DNA of 64,000 nt from an uncultured Phycisphaerales bacterium (GCA_963758525.1 CAVWVQ010000003.1:2688001-2752000); one strand, 5' to 3'; positions 18,425 through 29,220 are shown, counted from the first letter of the stretch. Program-made: numbers and translations. The notes: a model not told the origin generated them from the letters alone.

Positions 18425-21181
18425 ATGCGGAAACGAGCACGCGATTTTACTCTTGTTGAGCCGCAGCGCTGCCTCAGGCGAAGATCCAAATCAGCTTTCA
18501 TCTCTGAAGGGGCTTCTTGTCAACGGCGAGACGGCTTGATTGCTAAGTTCCGTTCATTGCTCTCTCCGATCAGCTTCGCGCACTCCCCCTGCGCCCTTGG
18601 CGGGGAGGCTAACGAGGCGGGGGTTTGGGGGCAGAGCCCCCAAGTCTTTGTCGTTCTCGGCGGAACCGTGGCTGCCATCCGGCACCGCGCGGGCGGCGCG
18701 ATGCGGCGGTTGAATTCATCTCTATGCGGTCATCGGACGGACGGGTCGCAATGCCAGGCCGTGTGTTCCGAGCCGAATAAAACCTTGTTCGCGTCAACCG
18801 GGCCGAATTCACACTGTCGCAGTCACCAGCAGAACCCGAATCCGACGCCAGTGGCGTCCGATTCGAACCAATGCCTGCCGGGCCGAATGAAGCCGAGTCG
18901 CGGTCTCCAGATTGACGAGACATCGTCTTGCATGGCTGCAAGAACTATTGATGTCATAAGCGTTCCGCCGAACCGCTGGTCATGCCAGGATCATCTCCTC
19001 TTCTTGTTTGACAGGTTGTTGCTTAGCAGATTGTTGCTTGAGCCGGGCCTTGTTGGCCGCCCGCTCGTGTCCGGTGGGCTCCTGGCCCTGGTAGGCCGTC
19101 CCGTCGCGGACCATGGCAAAGAGGACACGCAGCAGGCGTCTTCCCATCGCGACGTTCGCCTTGGGCTTGACCATGTGTCCGATCAGCCGCTGGCGGATCG
19201 CCTCCTGCTTCGCGTCGGAGCGGCAGAGGGTGACCGCGGCCTTGCACAACGCCCAGCGCAGCGTGGCGCTGCCCGCCTTGGTGATGTGACCCGACTGGGT
19301 CCGGCCGGCCGACTCCTGGTTGTCGGGAGTCAATCCCGCCCAGAACTCGAGGGTGTCGGCGTTGGGAAAACGGGAGAACTCGCCGATCTCCGCGGCGATG
19401 ATGCACGCCCAGATCTCGTCGATTCCCGGCACGCTCTTGAGAATCGCAATCAGGGAGGCGAATCGCCGGTCGCGGTTGGCAAAAATGATTTTCCTGCGCA
19501 GGCATTCCCGCTGTCGCTCGATCAGGCAGACCAGGTCCAGGAAGTTGCCGAAGGCTTCGCGCTGCACGTCCTTGAGCAGATCGCCATTGGCCAGCAGCCA
19601 TTTCTGGGCGCCGGCGCCGTCCAGCTTGGGACCGCGAATGTTGGCGGCCAGGAGCATCGACCGCATGGCGTGCTTGGCGCGGGTGAGGGTGCGGGACAAA
19701 TGCCGCCAGTGCCGGCCGAGCTTGCGGAGCTGCATCACTGCTTCGGGGGCGATCCATCCCAGCGGGCACTCCCCGCGGGAGAGGCGCTGGGCGATGTCGG
19801 CCGCGTCCTTGCGATCGGTCTTGCGCCGCTTACCCCGGAGGTTGGACAACTGCGTCGCGTCGGCGATCTCGATCTTGTCCACGCAGGAGCGGAAGCGGTC
19901 GATGAACCACTCGACAAAGCCGACGGCTTCCACTGCCAGGCGGCTGGGACGCGGCAACGCCAGCATCCATTTTTCGATGCGGTCAACGCACTTGGTGTCA
20001 CAGGTCAGCGCGGCGATCTGCGTCCCCGAAGCATCGACAGCACACAGCGAGACGGTACACTTATGCAAATCCACGCCGACGAACGCGGCGTACGAAACAG
20101 GCACATCAGACATAACAAACTCCGTGTTAGGGACCAAGGGAACTTAGAACACTCCCGGAAGCGTAACGGCTTCCGCAGGCCCCTTCACGGTTTTACGCTG
20201 GTGGAACTCCTCGTTGTTATTGGAATCATCGCTGTCTTGATTGCATTATTGCTTCCGTCCCTCCAAAAAGCGCGACAGCAGGCCAGGTACGTCAGATGGC
20301 AGGCTTTCAGCCGTGATTTGTCGATGGATCCCAGCGTCATCGTCCATTACGACATGCAGAATGATGCGGGAACCTCCTTCCTGACGAATATGGCCATGGG
20401 TAATGCCCGAGACCCATCAATGGTCCCGTCCAATCTCGACGCGCAGATTCTCGACTGGTCGCAGAGCCCCTTTCCGCTGCTCTCGGTCAACTATCCCGGG
20501 CAGGTGGCCGCACTATGGTCGAATAGCGGGCGATTCCCGGGAAAGCCGGCCCTGTCGTTCAACCCAACGCTCACACCCAACGCCATGGCCTACATCGGAC
20601 AGCGGAACAATGGAATCGGTCGGATCGCCAACATGCTGCGCAAAACGCAGGCCTACACGCTTTTGTACTGGGTCTATGTGCCCCGTCCGGCTGTTGACAA
20701 CCAGCTCTTTGTGTATTGGGCTGGCAAGGGCAATTCTGCACAGATCGTGGTCACCACGGATATGGCCTGGGGCGGGAACGTCAACGCCTCGCAGGGGAGC
20801 GGTTTTGGCGGTTCCCCTACCATGACCTCATTTTCCACCGGAACAGGAGCGATTCCATTCACCTATGGGCAAGACTCGCGGTGGAATCTGTTTGCCTTCA
20901 CCAGCGATCGCAGATCTGGAGTTGCCAAGCTCTATCAGAACGGCGTGCTGGTCGCCTACCAGCAGTCGGGCAACCAGTTGATCGTCGGCCCTGACGTGGC
21001 GTATCCAACCGGCAGCGATCCTGGCGCATTGGTCTTTGGAAATTGGCCGAACCACGGTGAGAACAATATCGTCTGCGACGAATTTGGACTTTTCGACTCT
21101 GATCTTTCTCCCAACGACCCATTGATACTGGGCACCATTTCGCCACGCTTTTTCCCGATGTACACTGTGGGCGTGAATTAA
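18425..21181 (+). CDS. Prepilin-type N-terminal cleavage/methylation protein with LamG-like C-terminus, interrupted in frame by an IS110 element
   Basis: [31 protein letters not shown] from 20192. Removing 18499-20193 gives ...[13 protein letters not shown]-terminal [22 protein letters not shown]. Confidence 0.9.
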   Translation: MRKRARDFTLVEPQRCLRRRSKSAFISEGASCQRRDGLIAKFRSLLSPISFAHSPCALGGEANEAGVWGQSPQVFVVLGGTVAAIRHRAGGAMRRLNSSLCGHRTDGSQCQAVCSEPNKTLFASTGPNSHCRSHQQNPNPTPVASDSNQCLPGRMKPSRGLQIDETSSCMAARTIDVISVPPNRWSCQDHLLFLFDRLLLSRLLLEPGLVGRPLVSGGLLALVGRPVADHGKEDTQQASSHRDVRLGLDHVSDQPLADRLLLRVGAAEGDRGLAQRPAQRGAARLGDVTRLGPAGRLLVVGSQSRPELEGVGVGKTGELADLRGDDARPDLVDSRHALENRNQGGESPVAVGKNDFPAQAFPLSLDQADQVQEVAEGFALHVLEQIAIGQQPFLGAGAVQLGTANVGGQEHRPHGVLGAGEGAGQMPPVPAELAELHHCFGGDPSQRALPAGEALGDVGRVLAIGLAPLTPEVGQLRRVGDLDLVHAGAEAVDEPLDKADGFHCQAAGTRQRQHPFFDAVNALGVTGQRGDLRPRSIDSTQRDGTLMQIHADERGVRNRHIRHNKLRVRDQGNLEHSRKRNGFRRPLHGFTLVELLVVIGIIAVLIALLLPSLQKARQQARYVRWQAFSRDLSMDPSVIVHYDMQNDAGTSFLTNMAMGNARDPSMVPSNLDAQILDWSQSPFPLLSVNYPGQVAALWSNSGRFPGKPALSFNPTLTPNAMAYIGQRNNGIGRIANMLRKTQAYTLLYWVYVPRPAVDNQLFVYWAGKGNSAQIVVTTDMAWGGNVNASQGSGFGGSPTMTSFSTGTGAIPFTYGQDSRWNLFAFTSDRRSGVAKLYQNGVLVAYQQSGNQLIVGPDVAYPTGSDPGALVFGNWPNHGENNIVCDEFGLFDSDLSPNDPLILGTISPRFFPMYTVGVN
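18640..18979 (-). ncRNA. Putative bridge/seek RNA of the IS110 element (ends approximate)
   Basis: Contains matches to the donor junction (18715-18723, 18664-18670) and to the target (18808-18816, 18780-18784), in target-loop then donor-loop order on the minus strand. Confidence 0.75.
18980..20113 (-). CDS. IS110-family DEDD recombinase/transposase
   Basis: [20 protein letters not shown] (DEDD); [20 protein letters not shown] (catalytic Ser), [22 protein letters not shown] before ATG at 20113. Confidence 0.96.
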   Translation of the reverse strand: MSDVPVSYAAFVGVDLHKCTVSLCAVDASGTQIAALTCDTKCVDRIEKWMLALPRPSRLAVEAVGFVEWFIDRFRSCVDKIEIADATQLSNLRGKRRKTDRKDAADIAQRLSRGECPLGWIAPEAVMQLRKLGRHWRHLSRTLTRAKHAMRSMLLAANIRGPKLDGAGAQKWLLANGDLLKDVQREAFGNFLDLVCLIERQRECLRRKIIFANRDRRFASLIAILKSVPGIDEIWACIIAAEIGEFSRFPNADTLEFWAGLTPDNQESAGRTQSGHITKAGSATLRWALCKAAVTLCRSDAKQEAIRQRLIGHMVKPKANVAMGRRLLRVLFAMVRDGTAYQGQEPTGHERAANKARLKQQSAKQQPVKQEEEMILA

Positions 21182-21211
21182 CCTGACCGGCCCCCAAACC
21201 GATGCGTGTCC

Positions 21212-21691
21212 ATGGCGCTTAGAGAATTCTTCAGTCAAAACCCCAAGGCGGTCGCCACAGGGACCGTCCTGGTGCTGGCAGCTTGCCTTGTTGTGATCTT
21301 TTCCGAGTTGAACGGCGGCGGAAAACCCAGGTTGCCGATCATGCCTGATCAGGCATTTTACACCACTGACGACGGCGCTACCCTCTTCGCCGATTCCCTC
21401 TCCAAAGTTTCCCCAATCGACCATAATGGGCATCAGGCTGTGCGGGCCCACGTCTACAGCTGCGATGGAGGGCGCCATCGATGGGTGCAGTATCTGGAAA
21501 AGATGACCGAGAAAGAGAAAACAATCGCTGAATCTCCCGAGCAATCCCGCAGCCATTCGTTCGATCCTCTGATCAAAAAGCCGGGGGATTCAAAATGGGT
21601 CCACCAGAGCGATCTCACTGCGCCGGCGATGATGATCCCAAAGTGCCCCGACGGGATGGGCTCAGGCGTGCCGCAACCCGTCGCCCCCTGA
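21212..21691 (+). CDS. Membrane-anchored hypothetical protein downstream of the prepilin gene
   Basis: Single TM helix; AFYTTDDG..AVRAHVYSCDGG..YLEK..KCPDG. Confidence 0.8.
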   Translation: MALREFFSQNPKAVATGTVLVLAACLVVIFSELNGGGKPRLPIMPDQAFYTTDDGATLFADSLSKVSPIDHNGHQAVRAHVYSCDGGRHRWVQYLEKMTEKEKTIAESPEQSRSHSFDPLIKKPGDSKWVHQSDLTAPAMMIPKCPDGMGSGVPQPVAP

Positions 21692-22094
21692 CCCTGAAAG
21701 CCGCTTGCGCGAAAAAGTCAGGCTGTGCCTTTCATCTGCGGGAATGCGAAGTACAGTTGGAAATGCGAAGGGGGTCAGCCCCAGGTCAGCCCAGCTTCCC
21801 GTTTGAAGCCGCACGTTTCGTTTTCTCCGGGCCCTTGCTGTTGTTCTCCTTACTCGGCCGCCACGGATTTCGCGCCGCGGGTGATCTCGAGTTCCAGTTG
21901 CCGCAAGCCCGTCGTGGGGGAGACGCAGCCGGGCGCGGCTGGTTGTTCTCAATTCATCTTCACCTTCGATATTGTCTTGCTTCGGGCTGCAGCGCGGCAT
22001 GCGATTGTACTGCAGGCGCAGGCGGGTCAACATCCTGCGCACAGTCCCCTCAACGATGCTCAAAAACAACCACAGAGAGGGAGGAGCGCACGGA

Positions 22095-22326
22095 GCACAC
22101 ACGCCGCGGAGCGTGCATTGCGCCCGGCGGTGGTGGCCCGGAAGATCAGCGGCGGGAGCCGCAGCAGAAACGGCGCGGAGGCATGGGCGACGCTTTGCTC
22201 GCTGCTCCGCACGGCCGATCAGCAGGGCCAGAATCTGCTCGAGACGATCAAGGCGATGTTAATTGGAGCATGGGCCGCGAAGCGGCCGCCGACCATGCCG
22301 GCGGGGCCGTGACTGCAGCCAGTTAC
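22095..22326 (+). mobile_element. IS66-family remnant: transposase C-terminus and right end
   Basis: AERALRPAVVARKISGGSRSRNGA..SLLRT motif; ends CCAGTTAC (reverse complement GTAACTGG). Confidence 0.8.
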
Positions 22327-24541
22327 CCCAAATAACTCGCGTTCGCCTGATGCATTCCCGTTCGTCATGGTTTACAGACTGACCCCTGCATCGGAAAGGT
22401 TAAGAATTGTTGAAGACGCAATTGTAGCGCAGGAAACAGTAGCATCAGGACAGACGCTGAGGGTTATGCTCCCGTCCTAGATAGGAAGCTGGGCGACCCT
22501 CTTCGCGCCTCCCGAATTTTCGGCGCACCCCCACAATTCATGATAAAACATCCGCTCGACAAGGCTTAGCCGATCACAGGAGAATTGAGCCGATGGGCAC
22601 CACTACCGCAGTTTCAGCGAAGCTAACCTGGAATGGCGTGCCTGCGAAGAAACATGGCGACTCCTTTGCCGACGCGACAAGAAATACCGCGTTTTCGGTG
22701 GAGTTCAAGCAGTGCTCTTTTTCACTAAAGTCCCTGTAGCCGCCCCAAAAATAAGTTATCCAGCCGTTTTTGCCGGCGCGACCGGCGTCACTGAACGATA
22801 AAAGCCCCGCTTGCAGACGGGCGGCAGCTTCAGAATCACACGCTCTCGCTGGGAGGCGGAAAAGACGGAGCGGTTCTTTTGACGACGAGTGATGGTGATC
22901 CGGTTTGTACAGTCTCGATCCGGACTCGTTCCCGCTGATCTACGGCCCCGATGAGCAGCGTGACAGTGCAAGGCAGTCATGATTAGGAATAATTCAATCC
23001 TGGTCGTTATGGTGATGATGCTGGGCCTGTGTCGCGCCAGCACGGCTGCGGAATTTTTGCATCCTGGGATTACGCTCTCGAAGGCGGATCTCGAGGCGCT
23101 CAAGGCCAATCTGAATACGGAGCCATGGAAGTCGGCGCTGCGGCGATCGGCCAGAGTCATGTGATGACGCGCGACCAGATCATTCGCTATCTGGCCAATT
23201 GCGTGGTGCGAAACATGGTATTGCTGGTGAACGTCACTCCCGACCGTCACGGGGTAATTCCGGAACTGGAACAGCAACGGCTGCGGGAAGTGGGCGTTTG
23301 GCTGGCGAAGGCAGGCAAGGCCGTCTACGGCACGCGCGGCGGTCCGTGGGAACCGGTCGACAGACAGTACGGCTGCTGCTACAGCGGAAACACCGTCTAC
23401 TTCCACCTGCTAAAAGCTTATAGCGGCGACGCATTGCGCGTGCCGCCACTGGGTGATTTGCGCGTCGTCAAAACATACAGCGTCATCGGCGGCAAGAGTC
23501 TGAATTTTGCAGCCGATGACAAAGGAGGCATGGTAGTCCGCGGCATCGATCGGATCGTTTCTCCGGTCGACACGATCGTCGGCGTGCAATTCAGCGGTGA
23601 GGTCAAAAGCGTCTGGGCGGCCGTAGCTGAGAGGTGACGATGAGACAGGTGACGAATGACAGTCGGCGTCGCGCTGATCGTCACGATCCGCGGCCCTCCC
23701 TCTACGTCAATGGCGAAGCGGCCGGAGAAAACACCCACATGGCGTTTTCCCCCATTTGCCTCGGTCCCACCACGGAGAACTGCACCGGCAAATCCCAATT
23801 TGTCCGAGACCCATATTTGAACGGCAAGGTGGACGACTTCCGCATCTATCGAGGGCCGCTGTCTGCCGGCGAGGTGAAATCGCTTGCGACATGAGCAGCG
23901 CCTGCGTCAGCGCCAAGAACAGGCCTACCGGGACGCGTTTCCCCGGTGGCTGATTCAGCCCGTTGCAGCTCCGCGGCGTCTGCTTGAGGCCCTCGAAGAT
24001 GCGATCCGACGGGTGCGGTTTGACGGGCCGAGCTTTAACTCTGCCGACCGCGATCTGCTCCGCGCCGTCAAGCAGGGTCGATTCGGTTCCCTGTTCGCCG
24101 AACTGCCGCTCATTGGACGGGATCGCCAGCCTCCAGCGGTGAAGCTGATATACAAGCTTGGTCTGCAGCTTTACGGGCTGATGCCGGAGTCGGTGTTGTC
24201 CGACTTACTGATCGACAACGACGTGCGTGTGGTTCTCCAGCGAGATTACCTCGTCGCCGTCTGTTCCACGCTCGCGCATCGCTACCTACAGACGGGCAGG
24301 GCATACTATTCGCCGTACCGTCCGGTCCTTGAACTGGACGGCATCCGCAAGTTTGTGGCGTTCACCCGGAACGCTATCCGCCAGGTGTATAACTTGTGCG
24401 TTCCGCAGTGGCGGACGTACATTGGTCACGAGGACGCTTTCGAAGGGTAAACGACGTCTGTATAGTGCCGCGCACCGCGGCGACTCCAGGCTCGCTTTGA
24501 CGAAGAGTTCGTTCATCGTCCTGTGAAATGAGCCTTGATGG

Positions 24542-25570
24542 TCAGCGAGGCCGCCCGGTGGCTCTGCGCTCGTCTGGGGAGGGTACGACGAACGCGCGCA
24601 TTTGCGTCTCCTTGTCGGCCAGATAGCGATCCGGGGCGAGCTGAATCTGATCGTCCACCGTCAGCCTGCCGTCGATAAAGCCGCCAACAGCGTCGAACTC
24701 ATAGGGAATGTGGAACCGAGCCGGGTCGGTGGGGTCGGGTTGGCCGGCGAACAGTCTGAGCTGACCCGCGTAGTCCACCGTCACGTTGCCTTTTTGTTGC
24801 CCGCTGTTAGTGATCAAGGTCGCGCCGGCGTTCAGGAACAGGGAACAGTCGCTCAGAACGGCCAAATCGGCGTCAGACGTTGCCGGCTTCAGCGCTACAC
24901 CCACGAGTTGCCGATTGGTCCGCAACGCGTAATTGCAAAAGAGACTATCATCCGAACCGTACTTGTTAATCGAGCTGTGAACGAGCTCAGAACAATTCTG
25001 CGAGCACGAGACGTAGACGACTACCAGCCGCACCCCAGCGGCCGTGCGACACTGGTGCAGGACCAGCATCGTCGTATGCGGCTGATTGAACAGCGGGCCG
25101 GAATGAAATAGCGTGTCGGGCACCGTGACGGTGGTCGGCATGCTCGCGGTGAACGGCGGCGCCAGCGCGCCAACCGGTACCGACACCATCTCCTTTGGCC
25201 GGTTGATCGTGTCAAATTGGCAAATCTGGTTCACCGGCCCCGCGGCCATGAGGCGCCCGATTCCATCGGGGTCCTCCGCGTACAACAGCGTCCCCGGCGG
25301 GGCGAGGTAATCCATGCACTGCTGCTGGGCCGGCAGATACGCCGCTCGAACGATCGCGCGTTGGGCTTGCACCTTTCGCTCGGCCTGCCGCCGCTGGAAA
25401 TCCGCCCACTGCTGGCGAGCACAACCGTTAAGGCCGGGGCCGACAACATAGACGCCCAGCATGACCGTGTTGATCAGGGTGAGCAGGAGCATTAGCCGAA
25501 ACGATCGCCGGCTGACGCCGGACGTCGACGGTGCGTACTGGATCGGCGTGGACGTGTGACGCTCGCTCAC
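24542..25570 (-). CDS. Duplicate of 4677-5705
   Basis: Same 342-aa translation. Confidence 0.7.
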   Translation of the reverse strand: MSERHTSTPIQYAPSTSGVSRRSFRLMLLLTLINTVMLGVYVVGPGLNGCARQQWADFQRRQAERKVQAQRAIVRAAYLPAQQQCMDYLAPPGTLLYAEDPDGIGRLMAAGPVNQICQFDTINRPKEMVSVPVGALAPPFTASMPTTVTVPDTLFHSGPLFNQPHTTMLVLHQCRTAAGVRLVVVYVSCSQNCSELVHSSINKYGSDDSLFCNYALRTNRQLVGVALKPATSDADLAVLSDCSLFLNAGATLITNSGQQKGNVTVDYAGQLRLFAGQPDPTDPARFHIPYEFDAVGGFIDGRLTVDDQIQLAPDRYLADKETQMRAFVVPSPDERRATGRPR

Positions 25571-26234
25571 TTTCCATCTCCCGCGGGGGGCGACTTGGGA
25601 TCATAGGCGCCGCTCCGTGGGGTCGTGTGCGGATTTGCCTCGTGGTAGGCCTTGGGACTGACGCTCACGATCAGCGGCGTGCCGTGGTACTGGCCCAGTT
25701 TGATCTTTTCTTCGATTTCACGCATTCCACTGCGGGCGTCGAGGCGCACAAGCTCCCCAAGCTTCGCGTCCTCCGGCACGCTAAATGCCTGGAGCTTACT
25801 CAGATTGACCAGGTCGATGTGAAACGTGCACTGCCCTCGGTCCACCAGCGCCACCACCGTTATGACGATCGTCTGCGCACCGTCGCTGGCCGACGGATAC
25901 TTGCAGCCGCTGGTCGTGGGGCTGTTGGTGTCTTTGCCGGTTTGAAGGGTCACAAAGCCGTCGGGCGTTCCTTTCGGCAGCTCGATCCGGAACCGTTGCA
26001 CGAGACAGGAATTGTCGCTCACGAGCGGCACCTCTGCCGTGAACTGGATCGGCTGAGTCGTCGCAGCCTGTCCTCCGGCAAATGCGTGTCCGGCGAAGAA
26101 AAGGCCGAGCAGGAGGGAAATGAAATGATGACGAATACTTTGCTCCTCGCAGAGGGACTGACCGTCAGAATCGCTTCATCACGCATATCATCCGGCTCTT
26201 TCAGACGCCAGCAACCCCCTCAGCCGCCGTCGAA

Positions 26235-26711
26235 TTAACGATACGTTTCCGTGAGATGGCCGTTATCAGTCTGTGGCTCCGAAACACTGGCCGACTGGAA
26301 GCGCCATGCACTCATTTGCGAAATCAACGTCCATACTCCGCTGATCAGCAGTAGAGCGGGCGCGGAGGCGATCAAGGAGAGATGGTGATCAATGAACCAG
26401 TGAGATAGTTCTATGATGAACGAAGCAGTTCCGACGAGGCAGACGATCATGGCCAGCCGCGTGACCAGGGGCGGAGATTTCAGGAAGGCGTACAACACCG
26501 CGCCAGCGGCATAGGCGACGAGGTAGGCAAGGACCTGAGCGAGTGAGTATTCGCTGTGGTACTCGTAGCCCCATCCATTGCTGTATCCATACGAAAAAAA
26601 GGTCCAACTGAGATCCGAACGACCCAACGGGGCCGTGATGAGAGTAAACGCTGTGCAGGCCAGCAACAGGGCAACGAGGTGCAGGATAATGAAGATGGGC
26701 CACCTTGTCAT
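26235..26711 (-). CDS. Duplicate of the membrane protein at 6378-6854
   Basis: Two amino-acid differences. Confidence 0.7.
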   Translation of the reverse strand: MTRWPIFIILHLVALLLACTAFTLITAPLGRSDLSWTFFSYGYSNGWGYEYHSEYSLAQVLAYLVAYAAGAVLYAFLKSPPLVTRLAMIVCLVGTASFIIELSHWFIDHHLSLIASAPALLLISGVWTLISQMSAWRFQSASVSEPQTDNGHLTETYR

Positions 26712-27216
26712 AACAGCCTCACATCGCCTCGCAGGCTGCTATCGCGAGCGGGTGCGGAAGGATAAACTACAATTCTTTGGCGACTGCGAGCCTTGCAACA
26801 GCCCGCGGGCTATTTTACACAAATGCTTCTTTTGAAGCGATGAATCGAATGTAGGGAGGCCGGGCGAAGTTCCACCACACCAATCCAAAGACCAGTTTTT
26901 GATACTGTGGGCGGCCAAGAAGCGCCACGAGCTAATCTTGGCTTTTGAAGCGGGGCCGCTTTGATGGATGCAATGGGCGCGGCGGTTAGGTTCATTGGTG
27001 GCGCGGTGGATACGCCGCGAACCAATGCGCCGCTGTTCCAATCGCTCGGCTTCGCGTGCTCTTCGGCACGTCGCGCTAGATCGTAGGGTACAGAGTTGGA
27101 AACCGTGTCCAGCGGCCGCTGAAAAATACGGCGGATTCCACCTGTTTCGGAGTAAGTATTGGCGATGGAGTGCAGGCGACGGCGATGAAGTGATTGCCGC
27201 CCTCCTGGACGCCCGA

Positions 27217-27738
27217 TCACCTGGTTGTGCCCATCCCGAATTGGTCGAAGAAGGCTGCATATGCGACTTTAATCATGTCGTACAGCGGGGCACAATCGAG
27301 GGATCGTTGATTCGCAAAGTACAGGGCGGCATACGGGCACTCATCTGCAGCTGGCAGCGCAAATGCTTCGGGGGGGATCGAGTTTAAAACTTGCTCATTG
27401 CATATGGATTCAAGTGCAGCACGATCATCCGTTGCGTCGAGCCCAGACATGAAGACAGCGAAAGCATGAAGGGGCGGCTGCTCTTCATCTTCGGCTTGGG
27501 ACAGGCGCATGTAACCAGCCGTATCTCCGCACCTGAAAAACGTGGCGGCGAGCCAACCGTCGGCGACGATCCTAAACGTTCCGTGTTCGAGCAAAGCCGA
27601 CTTCATTTCCACGTACACTTCTTCGAGCTTGTCTGCGCTGCAGGCTGTCGCTCGCGGATCGACAATTCTTCGGCAGCCCGGAGGATAAAAGAGCTTTCCG
27701 TGAAAATGAAATACCATGCTACGCGCACATCGTGCCAT
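27217..27738 (-). CDS. Duplicate of 7359-7880
   Basis: Near-identical translation. Confidence 0.5.
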   Translation of the reverse strand: MARCARSMVFHFHGKLFYPPGCRRIVDPRATACSADKLEEVYVEMKSALLEHGTFRIVADGWLAATFFRCGDTAGYMRLSQAEDEEQPPLHAFAVFMSGLDATDDRAALESICNEQVLNSIPPEAFALPAADECPYAALYFANQRSLDCAPLYDMIKVAYAAFFDQFGMGTTR

Positions 27739-28234
27739 GCTTGACGACTGTTTTCGAGCTTTCAGCAGTTCCGCAGAGTTGAATTGACGTCAAAGCACGC
27801 ATATTCGACCGCACGGCGTTTAACAGATGCAAAACTAATCCTGATTCCCGCCGGGCCGTTTCGACGTAGACTCCATGCATGCGATCCGATGAGGTATCAG
27901 CCCGGCAAGCGCAGAAAATCTCCTCGTGGCTCACGCCAACCCTCGTGAGGCTGGTCAAGCTGCACGCCCGCATGGTCGTGAATGACTTCTCCGATAGCGA
28001 TCCGTTGATGGCGAAAGTGGTAGCGGCCAAAGAGGGTGCGCGAATTGCGCGTGGAGTTACATGATCTGGAGGCGGGGCGGCAACGGCCAGAAGAAGCGCC
28101 GACGTGGTTGAAGGCGCGTGGCGTTGATTAATCTGGTTCCATCGAACGACAACGGAGAGTGCTGATGCGCCGCTCGCGTTTCTATGCCGGCATACTCATG
28201 GTGCTGTTGTTGACAGTGACCTTCAACATCCCGG

Positions 28235-28535
28235 TTGAATGCCTGCCGGGTTGTCTACGTCGTGGATGACCAGGACGGGCGAGTGACGACGTACGGCTTT
28301 GCCTACGGAACGTTGCCGATCATGCAGAATCGGGTGAGGAGCGGTTCCTGGCTGAATGGGATCGACAGGACGACAGCGTGCAGTACGACATCCTCGCCTT
28401 CTCCCGCCCGCAGAAGTTGCTCGCCCGGATTGGTTACTCGTGGGTGCGACGACTGCAAAAGCGCTTCGGTCGCGATTCGGTGAAGGTGATGGCTCGAACG
28501 GTAACGCTGGTGGCGGGCCCTATGGCTCCGTCATG
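28235..28535 (+). pseudogene. DUF1990-family C-terminal fragment
   Basis: NACRVVYVVD..YGFAYGTLP / HAESGEERF..YDILAFSRP..RRLQKRF across a frameshift. Confidence 0.75.
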
Positions 28536-28842
28536 AAGGAAATCAATACATTTGCACGTCCTGCACGTTATCGCGTTCATCGCACAGAGAGTCGCGATCG
28601 CACTGCTGCTCCTGGTCTCTTTCGAGCTGCCGCTCCGACCGTAGTCCCAAATACCGCGCCAATCCAACCGGCTCCGCCCTGTGATCCAAATGCGATTTGC
28701 AAGAACAGCAATGCTTCAGTTCGGTGCGAACACCGCAACTGTCGCCCTGGGCCGGTGCCCCCTTCATTCTATGCGTTACGCTATGGCTTGCACCCCCGTA
28801 ACTTGCATTCTCCTCGCAGCTCGCTTTTGTCTTAAGGCAAAT

Positions 28843-29220
28843 ATGATTTTGATCGTGGACGATGAGAAAGACGCCGGAACGGCATTGGTGCGGTTGATAC
28901 GATATGCCGGTCACGAGGCCGCGTCCGTGACCGGAGGTGCAGCGGCGCTGGCCATGCTCCGCCTCCGCAAGCCTTCTTTGCTGGTCCTCGACGTGAACAT
29001 GCCCGAGATGGACGGTCTGACCGTTCTTAGAGCGATCAAGGAGCACGACGACTTAAAGGATGTGCGGGTAATGATGTACTCGGCAGATATGACCCACGAA
29101 ACGATGGTCGAGGCAAAGCGATTGGGAGCCGAGGACTTTCTGGTAAAGGGCACAGTTGCGATTGACCACCTTGTGGCCCGGATTTGCGATCTCGCGGGCG
29201 AACCAGTCAAGCCAGGCTAG
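28843..29220 (+). CDS. Single-domain response regulator
   Basis: ILIVDD, LLVLDVNMPEMDG, GAEDFLVK. Confidence 0.92.
   Translation: MILIVDDEKDAGTALVRLIRYAGHEAASVTGGAAALAMLRLRKPSLLVLDVNMPEMDGLTVLRAIKEHDDLKDVRVMMYSADMTHETMVEAKRLGAEDFLVKGTVAIDHLVARICDLAGEPVKPG

Larger units (their letters stand above)
18499..20193 (-). mobile_element. IS110-family (IS1111-like) insertion sequence, 1695 bp
   Basis: Sub-terminal inverted repeats TGAAGGGGC (18505-18513) / GCCCCTTCA (20179-20187); TTT shared at both junctions; long non-coding region 3' of the recombinase; outward TTGACA at 18518-18523 (minus strand). Confidence 0.92.
22727..28209 (+). repeat. ~5.5 kb direct repeat, copy 2 (duplicates of ORFs 3114-8275 and the first codons of the beta-helix gene)
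   Basis: Offset 19865 from copy 1, changing after an 8-bp indel; scattered substitutions. Confidence 0.97.

Noticed and set aside
18460..20205. Alternative IS110 boundaries using the two FTLVE copies as a target duplication (GA core, 1746 bp)
   Set aside because: The sub-terminal inverted repeats, the donor-guide matches and the outward -35 all point to 18499/20193; 18460-18498 reads as host leader ending KSAF.
22330..22726. AT-richer spacer between the IS66 end and repeat copy 2 as an RNA gene or att site
   Set aside because: No tRNA fold, recognisable motif or matching repeat found.
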